Shown: positions 19,291 to 28,149, counted from the stretch's first letter. The stretch: 64,000 nucleotides of DNA from Clostridia bacterium (GCA_017456665.1 JAFTIY010000018.1:8887-72886), one strand, 5' to 3'. Notes: generated by a model not told the origin, from the letters alone. Numbers and translations are program-made.

Positions 19291-19525
19291 TTAAAAAAAT
19301 AATACTCATTTTTTAAAAACGTTAATAAACGGGTTTTATCTTCCACATACGGGTTGTTTGTTTGTAAATTTTTTAATATCCGTGCGGTAAAATGTTTTAT
19401 TAAACAGTAAACCATTCGTTATTTTTAACTTTGAATAAAATGCAAAAGTATAGCGTAAATCAATAGATATAACTTTTGCTTTATTATATAAAACCATTAT
19501 AAAATATATCATAAGGAGATAAATT

Positions 19526-20830
19526 ATGGCAAAATACGTTACCGTTCAACAGGCGTTAGAGCTTGTAAATTCAGGGGATTATATCGTTACCGGTCTTGGT
19601 TCTGCAGAGGGCAGAGAATTTATGACCAATTTACACACTATAGCAGATAGGGTTAAAGACGTTATGGTTACCAACTGCTTGCCTATGAACGCATACGAGT
19701 TTATGGTTAACCCCGAATATAAAAACAGCTTTTCAACCGAAAGCTGGTTCTATACCCCAGCTATACGTAAGGCGCAGGTAAACGGCAACGTTACCTTTAT
19801 ACCTAACCATTTACATCTTGCGGCAACAAAGAGATTATTCTATCGCACTCCCGATATTTACGTAGGCATTGCAACCATGCCCGATAAGCACGGTTACGTT
19901 TCGTTATCTTTATCAAACACCTACGAAATGAAGATGATTAAGGCTGCAAAAACGGTTATTTTAGAAATTAACCCCAACGCGCCCAGAACCTTTGGCGACG
20001 TTCAGCTTCACGTAAACGATATCGATTACCTTGTAGAAGTTGATTATCCCATGCCCGAGCTTGCAGATGCAGAGCCCAACGAAAAGGATTTAATCATAGG
20101 TAAAACCATTGCTGGCATGATTAACGACGGCGATTGCATTCAGCTTGGTATCGGCGGTATTCCCAATGCGGTAGCGGCAAGCTTAATGGATAAAAAGGAT
20201 TTGGGTATTCATACCGAAATGCTTACCAGCGGTATGGTAAAGCTCGCTAAAGCAGGCGTTATTACCGGCAAAAAGAAACAAATTCATAACGGAAAAATGG
20301 TTGCAGCTTTTGCGATGGGTCCCAAGGAACTTTACGATTATTTAGACGATAACCCCGCAGTTGAAATTCTTGACGGCGGTTACGTAAACGATCCTTATAC
20401 CATTATGCAAAACGACAATCAAGTTTCGATTAACACTACTATTGAGGTAGATATAACCGGTCAATGCTGTTCAGAAAGTATCGGCTCACGCCAATTTTCT
20501 GGAACGGGCGGTCAGTCTGACACTGCCGTAGGAGCTCAAAAATCTAAAAACGGCCGTTCTATTATAGCGCTTTATTCAACCGCAATGGTTAAAAACCCCA
20601 AAACTGGCGAAAGAGAAGAAACTTCTAAAATCGTTTGCCAATTAAAGCCGGGTGCTGCCGTATCGCTTTCTCGCAACGACGTAGATTATTTAGTTACCGA
20701 ATACGGTTGTGTTTCACTTCGCGGAACGGGCCTTCAAGAACGCGCACGCCTTATAATTTCAGTTGCTCATCCTTCATTTAGGCAACAACTTACCGAAGAA
20801 GCTATTGCATTGGGCATTTTAAGCAAATAA
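19526..20830 (+). CDS. acetyl-CoA hydrolase/transferase family protein (butyryl-/4-hydroxybutyryl-CoA transferase-like)
   Basis: 434 aa; family-typical GIGGIPNAV and SGTGGQ regions. Confidence 0.8.
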   Translation: MAKYVTVQQALELVNSGDYIVTGLGSAEGREFMTNLHTIADRVKDVMVTNCLPMNAYEFMVNPEYKNSFSTESWFYTPAIRKAQVNGNVTFIPNHLHLAATKRLFYRTPDIYVGIATMPDKHGYVSLSLSNTYEMKMIKAAKTVILEINPNAPRTFGDVQLHVNDIDYLVEVDYPMPELADAEPNEKDLIIGKTIAGMINDGDCIQLGIGGIPNAVAASLMDKKDLGIHTEMLTSGMVKLAKAGVITGKKKQIHNGKMVAAFAMGPKELYDYLDDNPAVEILDGGYVNDPYTIMQNDNQVSINTTIEVDITGQCCSESIGSRQFSGTGGQSDTAVGAQKSKNGRSIIALYSTAMVKNPKTGEREETSKIVCQLKPGAAVSLSRNDVDYLVTEYGCVSLRGTGLQERARLIISVAHPSFRQQLTEEAIALGILSK

Positions 20831-20832
20831 TT

Positions 20833-21654
20833 ATGGCATATTTTGATTTTGAAGGTAAAAAGGTTTATTACGAAATTCACGGTGAGGTCGGCGAGCCTTT
20901 AGTTATTTTAAACGGCATAATGATGTCTACCAATAGCTGGAAGCCCTTTATTAACGATTTTTCTAAAAATAACGTAACCATTTTGGTGGATTTTTTAGAT
21001 CAGGGCAGAAGCGAAAGAATGACCGAAAGCTACAACCACGATATTCAGGTTCGCTTGCTCAATTCTCTTTTTGATCAGCTTCCTTACCAAAAATATGCAA
21101 TAATGGGCATTTCTTATGGTGGAGAGGTTGCAATTCAGTACGCTGTTAAGCATCCGCAAAGGGTAAGAAGGCTAATTTTGGCAAATACTTGCGCAAGAAC
21201 TTCTGATTGGCTTCGCAAAATAGGCGACGGTTGGAATGAGGTAGCAAAAACCTATAACGGCCTTGCGTACTATTTAACTACTATTCCCGTTATTTATTCA
21301 ACGGGCTTTTACGAAAAGCAGTCTGCTTGGATGCAAAACCGCGAGGGCACTTTAACGGAGTATTTTTCTAATCCGCAGGTTTTAGAAGCTTTAATCCGCT
21401 TAACCGATAGCTCGCGCGATTACGATTATACCGATAGACTTGGCGAAATTACTTGCCCCACTCTAATTATATCCGGTTCTGAAGACGGATTAGTTCCTCC
21501 TACCGAGCAGGTTATTTTGCATCAAGGAATAAAAGGCAGCGTTTACGTTACGATTAACGGGTCGGGGCACGCAAGCATGTATGAAGATCCAGCATCTTTT
21601 TGTGCGTTAGTGCTCGGATTTGCCAATCTTTCAGATAAACCTATTAAAATTTAA
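20833..21654 (+). CDS. alpha/beta-fold hydrolase
   Basis: Nucleophile elbow GISYGG; C-terminal GSGH. Confidence 0.75.
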   Translation: MAYFDFEGKKVYYEIHGEVGEPLVILNGIMMSTNSWKPFINDFSKNNVTILVDFLDQGRSERMTESYNHDIQVRLLNSLFDQLPYQKYAIMGISYGGEVAIQYAVKHPQRVRRLILANTCARTSDWLRKIGDGWNEVAKTYNGLAYYLTTIPVIYSTGFYEKQSAWMQNREGTLTEYFSNPQVLEALIRLTDSSRDYDYTDRLGEITCPTLIISGSEDGLVPPTEQVILHQGIKGSVYVTINGSGHASMYEDPASFCALVLGFANLSDKPIKI

Positions 21655-21665
21655 AGGGGAAATTT

Positions 21666-22544
21666 ATGGAAAAAAAGTATATTTCTATTGGGAATGAAAC
21701 TCTCGCTTATTTAGATGAGGGCGTTGGCGAAGTTGTAGTTATGGTTCACGGCAATATGTCGTCTTCAGTTCACTACGAACCGCTTATTACCCGCATTAAA
21801 GATAAATATAGATGTATCGCGGTAGATCTTCGCGGATTTGGCGATTCTACCTACAATAACCGCTTTGATACGTTAGAAGAACTTGCCGATGACGTAAATT
21901 TACTTACCGAGGCGTTGGGTATTGATAAATACTATCTCGTAGGTTGGTCTAACGGCGGTGGCGTTTCTCTTAAACTGTGCGCTAAATATCCTCAAAAAGT
22001 TATTAAATTTTTTGATATCGAGGGGGCAGGGTATAAGGGCTATCCTCTTTATCAAAAAGAAAATTATAAATCAACAGGCAAGCCCTATCCCAATAAAGAG
22101 GCTATGGCTAACGATCCCATGCAGGTTGCACCTATGCTCAAGGTTTTTGAAAAGGGTGATGCCACTATGATGACTTCGGTGTGGGATGCCACTATATATA
22201 CAGTTAATAAGCCCACCAAAGAGCAAAATGAGTTATGGATGAGCGAAACGCTTAAGCAACGCAACCTCGTTGATCTCGATTGGGCGCTTGCTACGCTAAA
22301 TATGTCTGACGAATATACTCCGTACGGCCTTGGCGACGGCACTATTAAAAATATCGTTTGCCCGGTAGCTTTAACTATGGCAGAAAAAGATATAGTCGTT
22401 CCCGATTATATGGTTTTAGATAACTATAACGCGCTTGGTGATAAAGCAACACTTCTTCCTTATCCTAACTGCGGTCACTCTCCTATGGTTGATTGCCCCG
22501 ATAAGCTCGCTCAAGACGTAGTGGATTTTTTTGCTAACAAATAA
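21666..22544 (+). CDS. alpha/beta-fold hydrolase
   Basis: HG oxyanion motif VHGN; nucleophile elbow GWSNGG; C-terminal CGHSP. Confidence 0.75.
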   Translation: MEKKYISIGNETLAYLDEGVGEVVVMVHGNMSSSVHYEPLITRIKDKYRCIAVDLRGFGDSTYNNRFDTLEELADDVNLLTEALGIDKYYLVGWSNGGGVSLKLCAKYPQKVIKFFDIEGAGYKGYPLYQKENYKSTGKPYPNKEAMANDPMQVAPMLKVFEKGDATMMTSVWDATIYTVNKPTKEQNELWMSETLKQRNLVDLDWALATLNMSDEYTPYGLGDGTIKNIVCPVALTMAEKDIVVPDYMVLDNYNALGDKATLLPYPNCGHSPMVDCPDKLAQDVVDFFANK

Positions 22545-22586
22545 AGCTCGTTGAAACAAAGGATAAATTCCCTTTGATAACTTATT

Positions 22587-23351
22587 ATGATATTAACAGT
22601 TGATATAGGTAACACTAATATTGCAATTGGCGGTTTTTTAAAAGATCAGTTGGCTTTCGTTGCTCGAATTTGTACCGATACCACAAAAACTGCCGACGAA
22701 TACGCCGATAAAATTTTAGGCATATTGCGTCTTTATAAAATAGAAAGTGATTTGGTTGAAGGTGCAATCATTGCATCTGTCGTTCCGCCTCTTACCGTCG
22801 TTTTAAAAGATGCGCTTAAGGTGGCTTACGGAGTAGATGCCGAAATAGTTAGCTGTGAGCGCGATTGTAAAATGCAATTGCTTTGTGATCAGCCATCTAC
22901 CGTTGGCGCTGATATTATTTGCGCTTGCGTTGCCGCTAAATACGTTTACGGTTACCCTTCGCTTATAGTAGACATGGGAACGGCAACCAAAATGATGGTA
23001 ATCGATAAAAACGGCGATTTTATAGGCGTTTCTATTATGCCAGGCGTGCTTATGGGGCTAAAAGCTCTTTCTTCTAACACGGCACAACTTCCTCAAGTCA
23101 GCTTAGAAGCTCCGTTATCAGTTATCGGTAAAAACACAGCCGATTGTATGAAGTCGGGTGCAGTTTACGGCAACGCTTGTATGGTCGACGGCATGATTGA
23201 CCGTTTTAATGAAGAATACGGCAAAAAGCTTAACGTTTACGCAACGGGTGGGCTTGCGCCTTATATAGTTAAGCATTTAAAGCACGAAGTTACTCTCGAC
23301 GAAAACTTGGTGCTAAAGGGGCTTAACTTACTTTATAGCAAAAACAGTTAA
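22587..23351 (+). CDS. coaX: type III pantothenate kinase
   Basis: LTVDIGNTN start and ATGG region typical of CoaX. Confidence 0.85.
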   Translation: MILTVDIGNTNIAIGGFLKDQLAFVARICTDTTKTADEYADKILGILRLYKIESDLVEGAIIASVVPPLTVVLKDALKVAYGVDAEIVSCERDCKMQLLCDQPSTVGADIICACVAAKYVYGYPSLIVDMGTATKMMVIDKNGDFIGVSIMPGVLMGLKALSSNTAQLPQVSLEAPLSVIGKNTADCMKSGAVYGNACMVDGMIDRFNEEYGKKLNVYATGGLAPYIVKHLKHEVTLDENLVLKGLNLLYSKNS

Positions 23352-23395
23352 CTTACTTGCCAAAAGTTAACTCCATGTTAATAACCTAACGCGAG

Positions 23396-23432
23396 CGGCG
23401 ATTTCTGTTAGAAATTGCCGTTTGTGTTTTTT
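23396..23432 (+). terminator. intrinsic terminator after coaX
   Basis: CGGCGATTTCT-gtt-AGAAATTGCCG followed by TTTGTGTTTTTT. Confidence 0.8.
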
Positions 23433-23441
23433 AGAGTGATT

Positions 23442-23476
23442 AAAAGTGTAGTTAATCGCGTTATAGCCCCACTTTT
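23442..23476 (+). repeat. REP-like hairpin element (near-consensus copy)
   Basis: AAAAGTGtaGTTAATCGCGTTATAGCCcCACTTTT. Confidence 0.9.
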
Positions 23477-23529
23477 GTTAATAACGGAGCAAACTGTATA
23501 AAAATAAAAAAGGTTTACGTAAAAAAGGA

Positions 23530-23558
23530 TTGACCTTAAGTTGCAGTGGTGGTATAAT
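23530..23558 (+). promoter_or_regulatory. sigma-70-type promoter TTGACC-17-TATAAT
   Basis: TTGACC 23530-23535, TATAAT 23553-23558; 233 nt upstream of the next ATG. Confidence 0.65.
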
Positions 23559-23791
23559 TAATACTATTAACAAACCAAACAGGTTAATTAAATTGACCAA
23601 TTGTATTAGGCAGCGTAAAAAATAACGATTATTAAGAAGCGTTTTATTACCTTAATTAAAATATATATGCTGGGTTTAATCAAGAGAAAAATGGAACTCT
23701 CGATAATAAGTTATACGTTAATATAATATCAAATGGTAAAAACGGCTAGTTTTTAACGGTATTTTACAAATAAAGCCAAAAGGGGTTTTGC

Positions 23792-24631
23792 ATGGATAAA
23801 CTTTTAATTGTAGACGGGCATAATTTGCTTTTTCAAATGTTTTTCGGAATGCCGTCGCGAATAGTAAATAAAAACGGGGTTGCCATTTGGGGAACTCTTG
23901 GCTTTGTGGGCGCTCTTTTAAAAATAATAAAGCAGGTAAATCCTACGCACGCGGTTGTAATTTTTGATGGCGAAACTCATAATGAGCGTACCGATATAAG
24001 TGCAGATTATAAGGCTAATCGCCCCGATTGGTCGGCTGTTGAGGCCGAAATGAATCCCTTTTCGCAGTTGCCCGACGTTATTAAGGCGTTAAATTACCTT
24101 AAAATTAAGTATTTTGAAACGGTTGATTGCGAGTGCGACGACGTTATTTCTTCGTACGTTTACGCCTATGGCAACGAGTGCGAAATAGTAATAAGCTCCT
24201 TCGATAGCGACTTTTTTCAACTTGTATCTGAAAAGGTAAGCGTTCTTCGTTACCGTGGTAAAAACAGCGTTATATGTACTCCCCAATACGTTTTACAAAA
24301 AACTGGAGTATCGCCAGAACTTTATCTCCACTTTAAATGTCTTACCGGCGACGGGTCGGATAATATTAAGGGCGTTTGTAAGATTGGCCAAAAAACGGCA
24401 GCACAGCTTATTAATAAATTTGGCACCGTTCAAAATTTAATTGCAAACGCCGACCTTATAGAAAGAGAGAGTATTAGGCTTTCGGTTAAGCAAAGTGAGC
24501 AAACCATTTTAACCAATTACAGGCTTATTAAGCTTGGCGATTGCGCGCGGTTGCCTTACGATTTATGCCAGCTTAATATATCTAAAATTAACGCTAGCAC
24601 TATGCAGGTTTTAAAGGCAATAGGGCTGTAA
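23792..24631 (+). CDS. 5'-3' exonuclease (FEN/Pol I N-terminal domain family)
   Basis: LLIVDGHNLLFQ PIN-like start; H3TH region GDGSDNIKGV. Confidence 0.85.
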   Translation: MDKLLIVDGHNLLFQMFFGMPSRIVNKNGVAIWGTLGFVGALLKIIKQVNPTHAVVIFDGETHNERTDISADYKANRPDWSAVEAEMNPFSQLPDVIKALNYLKIKYFETVDCECDDVISSYVYAYGNECEIVISSFDSDFFQLVSEKVSVLRYRGKNSVICTPQYVLQKTGVSPELYLHFKCLTGDGSDNIKGVCKIGQKTAAQLINKFGTVQNLIANADLIERESIRLSVKQSEQTILTNYRLIKLGDCARLPYDLCQLNISKINASTMQVLKAIGL

Positions 24632-24654
24632 AAGATTTTTTAAAAAATCGTTAA

Positions 24655-24686
24655 CGTGTGTTTAATCGCGTTATAGCCCCACTTTT
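24655..24686 (+). repeat. REP-like hairpin element
   Basis: cgtgtgTTTAATCGCGTTATAGCCccactttt. Confidence 0.85.
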
Positions 24687-24716
24687 GATTAAATTAATAA
24701 TTTTTGAGGATGAGTT

Positions 24717-25484
24717 ATGATTAAAAAAGCAGATTTTCCTATATTAGAATACGATAGCAAAAAAAAGGCTATAATAAATCCCGATCTTTTTGCCGAAAAA
24801 ATAGGCAAGGTTAATTGCGATAAGCTTATAGTTACCTTTTTTGGCGAAGAGATAAAAAGGCTTTTATCTGTTGGCGAGATTGAACAAATTAAATTTTTGC
24901 CGGGTGAAACGCCGAACACCGTTTATAAGTTCGTAAACGACGACGTTATGATAATGCAAGGTATAGTAGGTTGCCCCGCTACCTGCGGTCAGCTTGAAGA
25001 GGTTATAGCGTTGGGCGCTAAAAAGATTGTTTTTTGCGGCGGGGGAGGCGTGCTCGAAAGGGATATTACCGTGGGTAAATTTTTCGTTGTAGACGGTGCT
25101 ATTCGCGACGAGGGCTTTTCGTATCACTATTGCCCTCCATCTCGCATAATTTATACTGATGAAGGGGTAAAAAATAGGATAATAAGTTTTTTAACTGAGC
25201 AAAAAATCCCTTTTATTCAAGGCATTACGTGGACGACCGACGCCTTCTATCGCGAAACCGAAGATATGATAAAATATCGCAAGGAAGAGGGGGCAAAGAT
25301 GGTTGAAATGGAACAGGCCGGTTGTATTGCCGTTTGCAAATTTCGTAACGTAAAATACGGTGCTATTCTCTATGCCGGCGACGACGTTTCGGGTAAAGAA
25401 TGGGATAATCGCGATTGGGCGCAGAGGTATGGAATACGTTCTTTTTTACTGAAAACGTGTAAGGATATAGTTAAGCAATTATAA
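24717..25484 (+). CDS. nucleoside phosphorylase family protein (PNP/UDP-1 fold)
   Basis: 255 aa; VEMEQAG motif typical of the family. Confidence 0.7.
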   Translation: MIKKADFPILEYDSKKKAIINPDLFAEKIGKVNCDKLIVTFFGEEIKRLLSVGEIEQIKFLPGETPNTVYKFVNDDVMIMQGIVGCPATCGQLEEVIALGAKKIVFCGGGGVLERDITVGKFFVVDGAIRDEGFSYHYCPPSRIIYTDEGVKNRIISFLTEQKIPFIQGITWTTDAFYRETEDMIKYRKEEGAKMVEMEQAGCIAVCKFRNVKYGAILYAGDDVSGKEWDNRDWAQRYGIRSFLLKTCKDIVKQL

Positions 25485-25495
25485 AAAATAAAAGC

Positions 25496-25889
25496 TCCGC
25501 AAGAATAATGGGTGATGTTCATAGCGGAGAATTTGAAATCGCTCCAAATGCAAATGCGAGCATCGCATTTGACTGGTCAAACGCATTATGGGCTAAGCCC
25601 AAGCCTTTATAACAAGCAGAAAGAGAGAACAAATTGGGAAAACCGAAATGTCCTCTCTTTTTCTGTTGTTTAAACGAAATCGTGGTTGCACCACGATGAA
25701 ATCTTCGCTTCGCTCAGATGAAATCCAAGGCGTTGCCTTAGATGAAATCAAATCCGTCTTACTTCAACCCTGCGAAGCAGGATTTCATCGCGCAAGCGAT
25801 TTCATCCACCTAAGGTGGATTTCACCCGTCGAAGACGGATTTAACTGCGTGATACTCCGCTTGGAGTATCACGCTAAACTGCTTGCGGA
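25496..25889. repeat. ~394-bp foldback, multi-hairpin region (candidate large structured RNA or MITE-like element)
   Basis: The ends TCCGCAAG (25496-25503) and CTTGCGGA (25882-25889) are complementary, with A/T runs outside them. At least 9 local stem-loops lie inside. GATGAAATC occurs three times (25695, 25717, 25741), facing GATTTCATC twice (25781, 25798) plus degenerate copies at 25818 and 25838. Confidence 0.8.
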
Positions 25890-25913
25890 TTTTTTGTTGT
25901 TTTTTGTTTGCGT

Positions 25914-25948
25914 AAAAATGCCGTTAATCGCGTTATAGCCCAGCTTTT
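25914..25948 (+). repeat. REP-like hairpin element
   Basis: aaaaatgccGTTAATCGCGTTATAGCCcagctttt. Confidence 0.85.
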
Positions 25949-26057
25949 GCGGTTAATAAGCAGATAACGATCAATAAAGAAGCGTTCAAACGGCTAAAAA
26001 AGCTAACGCAGATAAAAGTGGGTCTTCAAAACTAACGCATTGTATTCTTTGCTTCAC

Positions 26058-26087
26058 TTGACAGAGTAGATGGTTGTATGATAAAAT
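26058..26087 (+). promoter_or_regulatory. sigma-70-type promoter TTGACA-18-TAAAAT with an extended -10 TG
   Basis: TTGACA 26058-26063, TGaTAAAAT 26079-26087. Confidence 0.6.
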
Positions 26088-26211
26088 ATATTCACGTTAA
26101 ATCAAAATTATTGGCCGCGCAACGTGCAGTATTGTGCAGTATAATAAGGCTTTTTGCCGATTGCGTGGCATAGCCATTTAACAGATGTAATAATATAAGA
26201 GGCTAAAAACT

Positions 26212-28149
26212 ATGCATTCTCAACTTGAAGTAAAGCTAATAAATAAAATGAATCAATTGCATAAAGATCTGATTAGGGGAATAATGATTCGCCACGATCT
26301 TTGGTACGATTGGAGCGATTTAACAGGTCGTTTATGCGTGATTATTACGCAAGATAGGCATATGTCGGTTAGCGAGGCGGCGAGCTATATCAACTATAGT
26401 ACTGGAGAGTTTAAACCCGGAAAATATATGCACGTTTGCGTTAACGATGAGGCTGCCCGTATGTATAACAACCTTAAACAGGTTGCAAGGTTGCAAAACG
26501 AGCTCAATCAACTTTCGGCTACGCAAATTTTGCTTCGACTAAACGAGCAAAAAAAAGAGATTAAACAAATTATTGATTCGATGAGAAGCGTTTGGGGCGA
26601 AAGCGTTGCAAATAAAAGACTTAAGCAACTGTTAGATGCCTATCCGCATTTAAAAAACACCTTTAGTATTAAGGGTGTTAACGAAATGAATTTTGATATG
26701 AGAATTTGCTATCTCGACGCTAATTCGGGTTATTTTCAGCTCGATCCCTATCTCGTTAACCGAAAAAAGACAGAGCGCGGTATTTGCGATGATATACTCT
26801 TTTCGTACACCCAAAGAAGAATAGAAAATGAAAAAGTTTCAAAGTATTTAATAAAGGAAAAATACAGCTACAACGTTGAATCGAACGGAAAATTTATTCA
26901 AGGCTGGAAAACGGAAGAAGTAAACAAATCAACTTCTTACCGCGGAGAATATTTAAACGGAATGAAAAATGCCTACGGAAGCCTCTTTGTGAAGGATAAC
27001 TATATCTATCACGGGTCGTTCGTTAACGAAGTAAAAGAGGGTTACGGCGTTTGTTTATATTTAAACGGCGATTGTTACGAGGGGTGGTGGCGTGCTAACG
27101 ACTGGCAGGGCGAAGGGCGCTTGTATAAAAAGGACGGAAGCGTTCAAACCGGAATGTGGAATCACGGTTTATTCGTAAGTTCTTGGGTTTCTAGCGAGCC
27201 CTTACGCGTTACTCCTATGCAGGTTGGAGTGCAAGAGCCTAAAAAAACGGCATCTTCTGTATCTTCAACCAATAGTTCGGGGGGTGCGCCTAAAAAGGCT
27301 GGCACAGAAATAGGTAAAACGCCGAGCAAGGTTGCCGAGAATAAAACCGTTTCACCTTCAAAAGTAGAGGCTACCACTTCGGCGTATAATAAACCTGTTT
27401 CTTCGGTGGGCTCGTATTCGTCAGCTCGCGTGGATTTAAATAAGCAAGCGGCCGCTCCATCGGGCAGCGTTAACCTCTCTATCTCTACGGCTACGTCTGC
27501 ATTAAAGCCCATATTTTTAGCAAAAGAAAGCGACATGGGGTATTGTTGCAAAGAAACATACGATGGCAAAACCGGGCTATTTGGAGTATATAAGTGGAAA
27601 ACCGGAGGCCATTACGCTTGCGAAAAAATCGGCAGGTTTTATAGAAAAGAGGGCATGTGCCTTGTTGAATATAAAGAGTATTTGCATTTGGGCTTTTTTA
27701 GCGATGGCAATCCAAACGGTTACGGGTTGATACTGCGCAGATCTGGCACTGCATACTTTGGAAAGTGGAAAGCAGGCGAATTAATACAAAAAATTAAAGA
27801 GTATTCTTCCATTAGAGATTTTAATTATTCTCTTGGTCGCCACGATGATTTAAAGGTTGATCTCAAAGAGTTTATAAACGGTTACGAGCGCAGTATTTGT
27901 ACCTATAACGAAAAGGGGCAAAAACACGGTTGCGGCTTATGCGAGTGGAGAGGCGGAAGCGAAAAGGGCAAAAGATATTTGGGCTATTTTAAAGATGATT
28001 TTCCGTATGGGGTTGGCATTTTTACCTATCCAAACGGTTGCATTTATATAGGAAGCGTTTCGATTAATTTCCGCTCGGGTGAGGGGTTGTTAATTAAAGA
28101 AAACGGCGAGTGCGTTTGCGGTAAGTGGTTTACCGATAATTTAGTTTAA
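26212..28149 (+). CDS. MORN-repeat protein with an unknown N-terminal domain and a Ser/Thr/Pro-rich linker
   Basis: 645 aa. YxGxxxxGxxxGxG-type MORN repeats occur in two blocks (residues ~240-320 and ~455-640), separated by a low-complexity linker. No signal peptide. Confidence 0.7.
   Translation: MHSQLEVKLINKMNQLHKDLIRGIMIRHDLWYDWSDLTGRLCVIITQDRHMSVSEAASYINYSTGEFKPGKYMHVCVNDEAARMYNNLKQVARLQNELNQLSATQILLRLNEQKKEIKQIIDSMRSVWGESVANKRLKQLLDAYPHLKNTFSIKGVNEMNFDMRICYLDANSGYFQLDPYLVNRKKTERGICDDILFSYTQRRIENEKVSKYLIKEKYSYNVESNGKFIQGWKTEEVNKSTSYRGEYLNGMKNAYGSLFVKDNYIYHGSFVNEVKEGYGVCLYLNGDCYEGWWRANDWQGEGRLYKKDGSVQTGMWNHGLFVSSWVSSEPLRVTPMQVGVQEPKKTASSVSSTNSSGGAPKKAGTEIGKTPSKVAENKTVSPSKVEATTSAYNKPVSSVGSYSSARVDLNKQAAAPSGSVNLSISTATSALKPIFLAKESDMGYCCKETYDGKTGLFGVYKWKTGGHYACEKIGRFYRKEGMCLVEYKEYLHLGFFSDGNPNGYGLILRRSGTAYFGKWKAGELIQKIKEYSSIRDFNYSLGRHDDLKVDLKEFINGYERSICTYNEKGQKHGCGLCEWRGGSEKGKRYLGYFKDDFPYGVGIFTYPNGCIYIGSVSINFRSGEGLLIKENGECVCGKWFTDNLV

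Noticed and set aside
25676-25845. Possible CRISPR array, because a short unit recurs at roughly 20-24 bp intervals
   Set aside because: The repeat unit is only 9 bp and the spacers are 8-15 bp. Half the units are inverted, and no cas genes are present. This is not CRISPR architecture.
25485-25905. tmRNA, RNase P RNA, SRP RNA or 6S RNA as the identity of the structured region
   Set aside because: I could not find their landmarks: no GGGG..tag ORF..T-arm..CCA end, no GAGGAAAGTCC-type P4 strand, and no SRP domain IV motif. This was a check by eye only, so it needs cmscan.
25648-25938. 96-aa ORF (MSSLFLLF..DEI..DEI..) in the foldback region
   Set aside because: It has no RBS. Its repeated DEI tripeptides are simply the translated GATGAAATC DNA repeat, and its C-terminus (LIAL*) is a translated hairpin-repeat core. 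It is treated as non-coding.
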